Assembly: GCA_000934665.2 (NCBI GenBank)
Contig: KZ538722.1
Coordinates: forward strand, 1 to 51,793
Direction: 5' to 3'
From: Catajapyx aquilonaris
Taxonomy: Eukaryota
Length of the DNA: 51,793 bases
Shown: positions 27,453 to 38,234 of the stretch, in pieces
How positions within the stretch are numbered: the first letter of the stretch is position 1
How the letters are laid out: the number at the start of each line of letters is the position of its first letter
Notes under the pieces: model-generated
The model's input: only the letters and a program-made list of their open reading frames with translations
Told to the model about the DNA's origin: nothing
Databases searched by the model: none
Translations under genes and position numbers: made by a program

Positions 27453-30400
27453 ATGGCTTCAAGACGAGTCCTCGTCCATGAGGATGTGGAGATTGGCCCA
27501 CTAATTTCCCCGCAATCAAACAACTCAAGACATGCCTCATATGTCCCCGAATATGTCGATCACCTCCTGGAAAAATGCAGCCGGAAGTCTCAACGTGCTC
27601 TGTCAACAATGGAGGTCTCAGAAGAAGACAAGGCTCAGTTTGTGCTCAACAAAACGCTGCTGGAGAATGTGTCAAAGGATGACAACCATGTCCTGGTTCA
27701 GGAGCTGATTAGCAGAGGCGCGAGTGTGAACGCGGTCAGAACGGACAAGAACGCTGCTATTCACATCGCGGTTGACAACGACTGCAGCGCCATACTCGGA
27801 TTGTTGATCTCGTCTGGTTGCGACCTTTCGGTTCAAAACAAGGCGGGTCAGACCTGCTTGCATTTGGCTCGAAGCGCTGGCGTTGCTGAGCGGCTGATTG
27901 CGGCCGGATGCGGCATTAACGAGAGAGACTCACGTGGTCGAACACCTCTGCATCTGGCAACCGACCCCGACGTGGCGTCCATCCTGATCCAAAACGGCTC
28001 TAACGTCAACACTGAGGACGAGCAACGACGCACATCGCTGCATCACGCCAACAATCCGGACGTCCTGAATGTTCTGATCGACTACGGAGGCATTGTTTCC
28101 GCCAGAGACAGAGCGGGAAGGACACCGCTGCATTTCGCCACGTGCCAGGAATCCGCTGCCATTTTGGTTCAAAATGGCGCCGATATTGGGTGCAAGGACA
28201 ACGAAGGGAGGTTGCCCTTGCATGTGGCCAGCTTGAGAGGACATGGAGGTGTGGTGAAGTACTTGTTGTATAGAGGTTGCAAGGCTGATGCACGAGATGG
28301 AAGTATGTGCACTGCGTTGCATATGGCGAGTAACGACAGCATTGTCAGGTTACTGATCCGCGCGGGAGCGTGCGTGAACGCAAGGAATGACCAAGGAGCG
28401 ACATCTCTACTCTCGAGCGTGAGGATGAAAAACACGAGTTCGTCCATATTTTTTCTGGATTACGGTATGCCTCCTGTTGAAAGCTGTTGCAACGACGGAA
28501 ACACAGCCTTACACGAGGCGGTCAAGATGAATGACCCCGAAATGGTCAAACTTTTGATGACATACAAGGACCTATCACTGGTTCAGAACAATGCTGGGAA
28601 CACACCTGTTCATCTGGCTGCCATGCATGGAAGGACCGATATATTGCTAGAAATACTAAGCAGTGCTACAAACACAGAAGCTCTTTCAGTGGTCAACGAC
28701 ATTGGAAGGACCCCGCTTCACCTGGCTATCATGGAAGGTCACACTGACCTGTTGAACTTGCTGGAAGCCAAGGAGCTGCCTGTGGAACAGTCGTCCAGAT
28801 TGAATGACTTGTACCTGCAAGAGATTGAAGAGCTGCAAAATTTTGTAAGCACACACTTGATATGTGACAATCCAGGACATTTGTCGACCATACTGAAGGA
28901 CAAGAACGACAAAATATTTCGGATCAGGCAGTCCATCAAGTGCCATTCGTACAATGTGAAGGACCATGAAGGCAACACGCCTTTGCATCTGGCTGTCATG
29001 AGGGGCAAGGTGGAAATGGTGTCCGAACTACACAAGAGAGGAATCAGCGACATACCGAACGACGACGGCGACAATGCACTGCACATCGCTGTGACCTCAA
29101 AGCATCTGAACGTACTGCAAGCATTGTTGGAGCACTTCAAAGACGATTATCTGTACAATGCTCGAAACAAACAGGGCTGCACACCTCTTCATTTCGCGGC
29201 CAGGACAGGACAGGTTGACATGCTGAAAGAAATGCTTGGTCAGGAAAGAGTTCTTGTGAATGCGAAGAACTGGGATGGTTCAACACCTCTACATGAAGCA
29301 GTGGTCAACAAGCAGGAAGAAGCAGCCCAACTTCTGCTACAAAGCTGGGGTGATATGAAGTGCATTGTTGACGGACTTTCAACAGAGGAGGCGATAAAGT
29401 TATATATCCCCCACATGTGGCGAAAACTGCCTCTTGTGTCAGTCGAATCCGTGACGTTCAGTAAACAAAGTTTGTTTCGAGCCTTGTATTGTGAGAGATC
29501 GGACATGTTCGTAGGTTTGCTCAATTGTGGTACGACAGACTTGAGCAAATGCGATGGACGGTACACCCCTCTTCAAGTCGCTTGTCTTCTAGGCTTGGAA
29601 GAGTGTGTCGATGCCCTATTAAGACAAAACATGAAGCTGATCACTCTTCCTTGCAGCGAAGATCATGGGTTTGTAGGTTCACCATTTCTCTTCGCAGCAT
29701 CGTGGGGATACTTTAAAATATTGCTCAAGTACAAGAGCGAATTGGGTTACTTCACAACAATAAGCAAAGAAAATGTGCTTCACTTGTTGACAAAAGGGCT
29801 GAACAACAGCCTGAAGGATCAGTGGTCATTTTTCTCTCAAGTTAATCTGAACACAAAGGAGCAGGATTACGATTACTGTATTCTCGAACTGCTCACATAC
29901 TTTGAGCTGAATGAGAACTTCTCTTCTGTGATTAACGCTGAAGATGAAGAAAAGAACACGCCTTTGTATTACTGCATCACAAGCAGGCGCAAAGATACGA
30001 CTGTTGCTATGCTCTTACATGGAGCTGATCCATGGAGACAAGACAAATCTGGAAAACCTCTAATTAGCTACATCCCTGAATCAACACTGGAGAAGTATTT
30101 AGACAAGTGTATCACGTTGAGATGTAAATCAGACGATAATACTCTTGATGCCATTATTGACTACAGACTCATGAGGCTGAACAGAAAGGTGTCTGAATTC
30201 GAGCCTCTGGAGTACTTCAGCTACTCCACAAAGCACACACAGCTTCTGAAACATCCTGTCATTTCAACACTTCTGTTCTTCAAATGTAAGCATATCGCAC
30301 CGTTCTTTTGGATGAACTTTTTCCTATACGCAATTTTTGTGCTTCTATGGACATTCCATGCTGTGTTTAACTCACCTCATCTGAACATTAACGACTTTTC

Positions 30401-31453
30401 GTATGAGCCTATCAGCTGGTACTTATCAATCGCGTTTTGGGTCACCCTGTGTTTCAGAGAAAGTTGTCAGTTTGTTCGTGATCCGCTGAGATACTTTTCT
30501 TACTTTGAAAATGTAATGGAAACAATCATATTGCTGTTGTGTGGAATAACTTTCTTTGGAAGCTACATACCTGTGTCTGTGAGGAGACAAATTATGGTGA
30601 TTGCGACACTAATCAGCTGGCTAGAGCTTGTATTCTTGCTAGGAAGAATCCCACATCCGTTCGCAAACTATGTGCAAATGTTTGTGGCCGTTTTGCAGAA
30701 CTATGCTAAAGCTTTCCTGGTATTCCTATGGATGATATGCGGATTTGCTCTGAGCTTTTACCTCACATTTCAACATTGTGACAACTCTAAATGCAACTCT
30801 TTCTTCAAGTCAGTGAACGGGACTGCTGTTCAGATAGCTGTACTTATGCTGGGAGAAATAGATTTGAAAGACTTTCCTTTTGGATTTCAACCTGTGATTA
30901 GCCAGATTGTATTGTTACTATTTATCATCCTAATTGTATTGGTGTTGATGAACTTGCTCAATGCTTTGGCTGTGAGCGAAACACAAGCTATTGTCGATCA
31001 AGCAGAGTTGTATTGTATGAGATCTTTTATAGAAGTTATTTGTCAAGTGGAGTCAACTTTTTGCCCGAGAACGTTCACAAAGAAGAAAAGTTGCGGTTTG
31101 AATTTCAGGTAATTTAATGACTCATTCTTAACAATGTTTCGTCCTAAGTGTTCTTTACATATTACAGATTTCCAAGCTTACCTCACCGATGTACATGCCT
31201 CGCAATCAACTGGCATTTGTTTTGGAACCGGTTGAAACGGAAGATTCTTCCCAGATGTATGACCAGATCTGAGTACATGAAGAACAAGATCTTGCTGCTT
31301 CCGAAGCTGAAGAGTGGTAAAGTTGCTGTCGATCTGTCAAATGGAGATGTCAGGAACACTTCCTGGAGGCTTACGATGGACCATGTTGAGTCCATTAGGG
31401 CATGTTTGTATCGGAACACTAGTGAACTGCAAAAGGAAGTGACTCGCAAATGA
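27453..31453 (+). CDS. TRPA-family (Painless-like) cation channel, paralog A, long ankyrin form (~1313 aa); exons 27453-31108 and 31168-31453
   Basis: The 1240-aa ORF has its first true ATG at 27453 and ~20 ankyrin motifs (G-x-TPLH-x-A). Six hydrophobic segments follow, with pore motif MLGEID and S6/TRP-like helix MNLLNALAVSETQAIVDQAEL, resembling Painless NLLNGLAVSDTQ. A phase-2 GT-AG intron (31109-31167; AG|GTAAT...TTACAG|) joins in frame to the 31148-31453 ORF. Confidence 0.9.
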
Positions 31454-31718
31454 TTTGTGGCGATTGTTAACAAACAATTTTGTTCAGCTTTTATTTTACA
31501 GGAAACAAATACAGTAATATGTTAATTTTGCGTAAAATCTAAGTATCATGTTAACAATTATTAATTATATTATTTTGTGTTGCCAACCCATGATGCTGGA
31601 TACTGTACAGTGAATACTTAGCCTAATTTAAAAAAAATATATCAGTATGTTGTCATGTACAGTCCTACGTAAAATCGATATATGCACACATAGGGTGCAT
31701 TTTTCAGGGAACATTAAC

Positions 31719-33638
31719 TTATTTTTGCGTGTAAATTATGAAGGCTTCTCCGATGAACACGAGAATTCCACCACCCCAGCAACATATGGCAAGGAAAGAT
31801 ATCATTCCTTTCAGCTGGTCAAATTTTAATGACATTGAGTGCAAGTACAACCTGTCCAACTTTCTCGCTTCTTTCAGACCAATCAGACCGCATGTGAACT
31901 CCATATAATTGTCATACTTGGCCATAAGGCCTGAATCTATATAATATGTGCTGAATCTATTCATGATTGGACCTAATTTACTGTGCTTGTCCAAAATTTG
32001 ACCACCCAATACTAATATGGGACCTTCTTTAGCAATGGAAATAGGAATATTTCCGGCCTTGTCTATGTACATGGATCCTATTGCGAGCAATATATCCGCA
32101 GGAGCTATGCAAGCAAAATTGTCTTCTATTGATTTGCGTATGCATGTGTTGAAGTCCGGTTGATCGACCATACCGCGAACAATGGGTTTGAAATAATCCA
32201 AATCGTTGTTTATAAAAACACTTGCAAAATACGGCCTGGCCACTTCGAATGTCCCCCAATCCCAGTGTCTACGCCTATTGTAGAGATCCTGATACGAGTC
32301 TGGCAAATCCTCCTGCATTGGAGATGCTAAGAAGCCGAAGTACAAGGCTTCGTATCCGATGATTATGACCAGGGAATAGATCCACCAGAAAGAGATGAAG
32401 AGTCTGGAGGGGTCACCTCGGGGGATGGTGTTGGGGTTTTCCTCGATCAGGGTGGAAAACAGGTATCTGGCCGAGTAGAGGAAGAGGGAATAGGACGGAC
32501 CCTTGTCTGGAAAAGGGTTGCGGAAAGTGCTCTCTAGTCTTAGCAGGGCGAAGAGGACAAAGCTGCCCAGTAAGTTGGCTAACAATATAAAAACCCACAT
32601 TTCCGGAGAGTAAGGCATCAAGTAGGAATTCCACGAATAACGAGGTCTCGATGTCCTTGTCGAAAATATCATCTGTACGTAATAGATAGGCAAGGAAACC
32701 TGCACAACAGTACTTTGAAGGGCTATTATAGTTAAACCTATCTCCGCTTTTCTTCTAACAATGTCTCCTGTTTGACCCGTGTAATTACCATCAGGTAACA
32801 AAATATCTGGAACCTGATCATCATCTATCTGAGTTCCTTCCATATTCCAGTCAAAATTAAGGGCATCACTTGCCAATAGCAAGAAAAACACAAATCCATA
32901 CATAGGAACCACATTATTCAACATGAACTGCAACTCTTCCTTTGATATATCAATGGCAAAAGTGCAGTTTATGTGCGTGCCATGGAGATTGGTAGAATAA
33001 TTAGGGAACAAATCAAATACCGGTACGGCTTTATCCCGTGTGTATTTAGCGACATGCACCACTTTTGGATTACCGTGATCGCAATAGTGACAGTTCGCCA
33101 TCACCTTGAGCGAGTGGGAGTCCTGGTCGAACTGGACCCCGACCTGAAAGAGCATGAGTTGGGCGATGGGATGCATCAAGACTGTGTCCAGACCTCCGTC
33201 CCTGGGCCAGAAGAGGAACCTGTCCCTTCCGGTGTCCATGAGGTGAAGAGTGGCCGCGTGGACCACCAGAGGAGACAAGGTGTCCAGTGTCCCGAAGGCG
33301 AAGAGGAAGGTGGCGCAGGGGTCCAGTCTCCTGGCCTCCGGTCTGTGCAGCCAGGAGAACCAGTACTGTCCACTGGCGTCCACTGGTGTCCCGTCCCACC
33401 TCACCACCGCCACTTCCTCCGATCCATTGTTGATCAGCCGGTTAAACGAAGAGGGGAACACCAACCAGTCGCCGCACAACACAAGGAGACACTCGGGTCT
33501 CGAACCACGGACATCTTCCACCAGGGAGGCCACCAGCTCCTCAGCCTCCCATCCAACAGATGGATAAGTCAAATTAACTTGACCAGACACGAGTGTAGCA
33601 AGCACGCAAAAACAGACTGCGACCATTGCATTGTCCAT
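31719..33638 (-). CDS. Ionotropic receptor (variant iGluR chemoreceptor), divergent class, copy IR1, 639 aa, intronless
   Basis: Signal-peptide-like N-terminus; FP..NLHG at the start of S1; S1 motif G-x-x-GDIVRRKAEIG; PYS-x-x-MW before M1; M3 motif RLFISFWWIYSLVIIIGYEALYFGFL; S2 with CI...FACI; FN/MNR....IDSGLMAKY; SLKFDQLKG before the final TM. Confidence 0.9.
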   Translation of the reverse strand: MDNAMVAVCFCVLATLVSGQVNLTYPSVGWEAEELVASLVEDVRGSRPECLLVLCGDWLVFPSSFNRLINNGSEEVAVVRWDGTPVDASGQYWFSWLHRPEARRLDPCATFLFAFGTLDTLSPLVVHAATLHLMDTGRDRFLFWPRDGGLDTVLMHPIAQLMLFQVGVQFDQDSHSLKVMANCHYCDHGNPKVVHVAKYTRDKAVPVFDLFPNYSTNLHGTHINCTFAIDISKEELQFMLNNVVPMYGFVFFLLLASDALNFDWNMEGTQIDDDQVPDILLPDGNYTGQTGDIVRRKAEIGLTIIALQSTVVQVSLPIYYVQMIFSTRTSRPRYSWNSYLMPYSPEMWVFILLANLLGSFVLFALLRLESTFRNPFPDKGPSYSLFLYSARYLFSTLIEENPNTIPRGDPSRLFISFWWIYSLVIIIGYEALYFGFLASPMQEDLPDSYQDLYNRRRHWDWGTFEVARPYFASVFINNDLDYFKPIVRGMVDQPDFNTCIRKSIEDNFACIAPADILLAIGSMYIDKAGNIPISIAKEGPILVLGGQILDKHSKLGPIMNRFSTYYIDSGLMAKYDNYMEFTCGLIGLKEARKLDRLYLHSMSLKFDQLKGMISFLAICCWGGGILVFIGEAFIIYTQK

Positions 33639-33643
33639 GGCTG

Positions 33644-33681
33644 AACTGAGCTGCTCCTATTGATTCTCCAGCATTTTTATA
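33644..33681 (-). promoter_or_regulatory. Core promoter of IR1: TATA box plus arthropod initiator TCAGTT
   Basis: Minus strand shows TATAAAAA (33681-33674) and TCAGTT (33649-33644) just upstream of ATG 33638. Both motifs are conserved in the IR2 copy. Confidence 0.6.
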
Positions 33682-34327
33682 TGGAAACGTTCGAGAAAAT
33701 ATATTAGTAGTCAATAAAATTTGGTTAGGTCCTAAATTACTATGCAATATTCTCTAAAAATTGTAAGGGAAAGTTACCAAACATCTTTAACAATTAGTTG
33801 GCACCTATTTAATTACCAAGTATGGTTCACTTAATGCGTGAAATGTGGCTATTATTTCTGCTCACAGAATATTAAATGAGGTTATGATGGCAGAGTAGTT
33901 GTTCAAGCCTGTCAATATCACTTAAAATTGCTGACATTGAAGCAATAATGATGATATTTCATTCGACTTTGAATGGCGAGAAATCGCACATTTTCCAATT
34001 GAGTCCTGTCATCACATATGATTAGGATGAATATTTGAAGATATTTATTGCGTGACAGAGGCCAAAAAATGTCAATTACAGATATTTTGCTTATCATGTG
34101 TCTTTGTATTGCAATATAGAGGTGCAGTGAGCCCTTGGCCCTCTTGACCCTAAGAATTAATTGTTGTACACGCATGAAGGTACCCATAAAAGATGTACAT
34201 TCCAGCCACACACTTTTAAGCTAAATAGTAAATTCTAAACGTCGAACTAAAGCACCTCTGTAATATTTTACCACATAGGCTGTGGGGATAATTAACAACA
34301 GTTTAATGACAAACAAAAATAATTATG

Positions 34328-35060
34328 TCAACTCCCAAGCTCTTTTTTTTCTTCTTTGTCTCTCGATTCACTGCCTTATGGGATCGAGGTACCTCCACTT
34401 GATATCTGTGACTTAGTCAAACTGGACGCTTCCGTTGGACAGGTCCACCATCATCACCTCTCCACGCAACACTGGCGTGCCCTTCTTCATTATTCCCAAT
34501 TTTGCAAAAAATTAAATAGTTTTGTGCTTTCTGTTGCATCCCACTGAAAACTCTTGGGAAGTTTTGACATTGCATGTAACCTGTAATAATAAAATCAATT
34601 AATTAAAATTATATAAAATGTAATCAATAATGTTTCTAGATCGACAACGACAGAATTGACCTGAAAATTCAATTGCATATGTGTACATCAATTTATTAAT
34701 ATTATAAATATCAAGTTAATGGCCCCTTACCTCTCAGAAAATGTCCTAGGCCAAAATATAGAATCCAGATGACACAGTAGTTCAATAAAGGACCTTCCTA
34801 TAGTACAGGTCAGCTTTGTCCATCAGAGCTTGAATATCACTGACAGCCAATGCGTTCAAAAAATTCATAAACACCAGGACAATTATTAAGAACAGAAAGA
34901 TGAAGTACATGACCACATAGCGATACTCTGTGCTGAAAGAAATGCCATCGAGATCCCTCTGCCCCATCAGCATGAGTGTCATTGCAGACTTAAGCACCAG
35001 AGTGGCGTTGGCCATGTTCTTACAATACGGATGTTTCTGTCCTATACGCGTATGTTGATG
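34328..35060 (-). pseudogene. 5'-truncated pseudogene copy of TRPA paralog B (pore, S6, last intron and last exon only)
   Basis: Colinear with 43654-44402. It encodes MANATLVLKSAMTLM(LM)GQRD...MNFLNALAVSDIQALMDKADLYY, then frameshifts to KVLY*, and the last exon has several indels. Homology stops at about 35060. Confidence 0.85.
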
Positions 35061-36597
35061 ATATATGTATGAATTTATTTTTCCCTTACTGTTGATGATT
35101 TATCAAAATTGTTAGCAAAATATGCAGACATATTTAAAGGTATTTATTTATTTATTTTAACTAAAATGGCAAACATCGCTAATATGAAATGTGGTACATG
35201 TGTAAAGTCTGCAAACTTTTTGAGAAAATTCAAGCAGAATAAATTTTCAATTATAACTTCATTATTTGCCTTAGACGGCTAACTTGCCAACCATGCCCAA
35301 CCGCCCACCCTGTACCATAACAGTCATGTGCGTTTGTGACTTCAATCATCTTCAGCTCAACTGATTTCCATTTCCAGGGAGACTCGGAATGATGCGTCAT
35401 GAAATACGAATTATTCTGCACAGAAGGCACAGCAGCCATGAAATTGCAGAGCTCCATCTTCTCTTTCATCGGACAAACATTTAAATCTATAGTTTATTTG
35501 ACCGCAAGGTAGGTAAAGGTCTTGCTTCATGTACAGTATTAGGAACTGAATCAGCACATTCATGGTAAGATATTACGTATTACAATCATCAGATCGAATG
35601 CTGTCGTGATTCCAAGTCCACGGCGTACTCGCGTGAGTAAAGGAATTTACGGACATATTTGGCTGTTTTAATGTCTGGTGCCCGCCAGGGCAAGAACGAG
35701 ACAATTGAACACCACAATTCAATAACGGCCCAGTTATTGTGAAAATTGAAAATGTCCAGAAAGCGAAAAAGACCATTTAATTCTGTTTCTGTTCATGGTA
35801 GGCAATTGTTCTCTAAACCTAATGACAGATATCTACAATATGAATACCTGACAGCACTTTCATCGAAATCGGCATGCAATTGATATTTTATTTAATTACT
35901 TTTAATGCTCACAATTGGGCCCTTGTTGCATTGTATCGCTCCATTGGCTTAAATATGGAGAAATAAACCGTCTCAGGATAAAATTAATGAATGATTATGA
36001 TATACAGGATACATATAGTATTCGCTTCAGAGTTTTTTTAACACATTATATTTAATTAAATTTAAATCTTTTGGTCTTCCATGCCACCTAGGTCTACCTT
36101 ATAAAGTAGCGGCCATTTTTGACCATTTCCCGAGGGCGTAGGTCGAAGATTTCTTAGTGACATATAGACACACAAGTCTACTTTATTTTCCAGTAGGTTT
36201 AGCACTCCTCAGAGGGTACCGTTATAACTGGTAATGTAACGAATCTACTTTAGAAGTAGCCATTAGACAAAAATCACGTCACTTGCAGTATATTAAAATC
36301 GCGCTTTTGAAGTGACAATCCCGTGTGTCACTGCTATCGAGAAATCGCGTTTTGGTCCTTCGATGGTTAGAAGTCTTTTTCATGCATTACTCGTGACATT
36401 TCGGTTCTTCTTGCATTTTGGATGGACATCCACCAGAGGAAGTACAATATGGCATAAAAGCATTTCCGTAAAAATTGACAGATGGGCCCTTATTGCATTG
36501 TGGCTGCCATTCAATTATACCTATCTAATTAACAAAACAAGGTGATGAAGATGAGAGCGAGAAAATTATCAACGAAGCTACAAGGCTCTTAAATCAA

Positions 36598-36725
36598 GTG
36601 CAAACAGGGGCAACTGAACTGCACACAGGAGCAACTGAATTGCAAACAGGGGCAACTGAATTCCAAATATGGGCAACTGAATTGCAAACACGGGCAACTG
36701 AAATGGTAATCGACTTGGCAACTGC
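36598..36725 (+). repeat. 21-bp tandem repeat (CAAACAGGGGCAACTGAATTG x ~5)
   Basis: The units are directly visible and translate as QTGATEL heptads. Confidence 0.85.
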
Positions 36726-37164
36726 GTTAACTATGTTTAAAACTGAGGTTACTGATTTGGAAACTGATGAGTTGGAAACGAGTTGATGACTGCGTCAACT
36801 GACTGGATAAGTGGGGGCTCTCTGTTGGAAACTGAGTTTATAACCAAGTTACTCATTATGATCTGTAACGTATCTGAAGGTTACTGTATATAATGGGTGG
36901 CCACCATGCAATATGGCCGCCAAGTTTAATTTTGATCATTAGCGATGTTTCCTATGAAATTCTGGATCGGAAATGGAACAGATCAATGAAAAAAAAACCT
37001 TCCTACGTGCAATACAATCCAAGAATATGACATTCCCACTCTTTCGGTCGGCCATCTTGGATATACATGTATGTATGTATAGTCTATATGGTTATTGCTG
37101 TAGTCGCCCAAAGTTGTGGACTCGACAACTCAGTTTAATATGTTGAAGGACCCCATGGGTGTAC

Positions 37165-37466
37165 AAATCAATCAAAAGAGTTTATAGGAAAAAACATTTT
37201 CAGGTTAGGTGGACCAACATATGAATGCCAAAGTGACTATTACGTTGAAAAAAAAAATTACGTTGATAAATTAAAGGTGAGTAATACTACGTTTTGTGCT
37301 GTCTTCACAAAACGTAGTATTACTCACCTTTAATTTATCTTAGTTATGCACTTAGCTTCCAACTCAGTTACCTTGGCTTTCAACGTAATAGTCACTTTGG
37401 CATTCATATATGTTGGTCCACCAAACCTGGAAAATGTTGTTTCCTATAAACTTTTTTGATTGATTT
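37165..37466. repeat. Nested inverted repeat (fold-back) at the duplication junction
   Basis: A perfect 34-bp stem (37265-37298 / 37306-37339, 7-nt loop) sits inside ~85-bp imperfect outer arms (about 37165-37250 / 37378-37466). Confidence 0.9.
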
Positions 37467-37935
37467 AGTGCTGTAGTTCGAAAGCGCTTTAACAGATGGT
37501 AGGAGTAGCCATTGGTAGATACAATTCATCATGTAATTCAAGGATCAAACAAGCGTAACATAATGAACCTATTGGTGCCAAAATCGTGTGCAAAATTAGT
37601 GCTTCATTTATTAGCAAATAAGTCCTGAATATTATGCACAAGCTATGTTGTCCGATAAATGAATTCAGAACGTGTTATGATATTAGTTCGAATATGTAGG
37701 CTATCTGTGTAGCTGCCATAATGAATAGAGGATCAGTGTCTTTTTATGAATTTACTATGGACAATTTTACTCAATTTAAATAATTTGTAATAAATCTCAA
37801 TAGGTTTTAATAAACTAAAATAATTTTCATAAATATAAAACTAAGGTTTTGCAGATATTTGATTCATTTTAACAGCATTTTAATAAATTTTAAATTTTAA
37901 ATAAATTAGTCATAAATTATTATTTAAAAAAAAAA

Positions 37936-38230
37936 TCTTGGGTAGTGCCTGACCCTATATACGATATGCGGCACGGACCTTTATTGTAACTTATACATAG
38001 ACCATATTTTTTAAACGCCCGTGCCCACGGACAAGATGGCAGGAAGGAATATGCCAGGTGCAGTGCATAGTGCAATGTCTTAATGTGGCCATTTTAGTGA
38101 ACTCCTCCGGGTGGTTGAGTCTAGTGGAAATACCACCCAAGACGAAGCCAGAGGTGACCCTGAACTCTGCACGAGATGAAGGGGGTGTCCACGGGCGCAT
38201 ACGTTACCGCAGCACCACTCCGTCTTCCCT
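37936..38230 (-). mobile_element. Second copy of the same tRNA-derived SINE family, B box deleted
   Basis: The reverse complement reads GGGAAGACGGAGTGGTGCTGCGGTAACG...TCGTGCAGAGTT...CCACCCGGAGGAGTTCAC...GACATTGCACT, matching 9984-10183. The 3' boundary is uncertain. Confidence 0.7.
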
Positions 38231-38234
38231 AATT

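Larger units (their letters stand above)
26587..35060 (+). repeat. Segmental duplication unit 1 (A upstream region, TRPA-A, IR1, psi-B)
   Basis: About 26587-27060 matches about 37272-37920, and about 30379-35060 matches about 39777-44402, including intergenic and intronic DNA. Confidence 0.9.

Noticed and set aside
32973..33644. 223-aa plus-strand ORF (and its 199-aa twin at 42242-42841)
   Set aside because: Antisense shadows of the GC-rich IR N-terminus, with non-ATG starts and no recognisable motifs.
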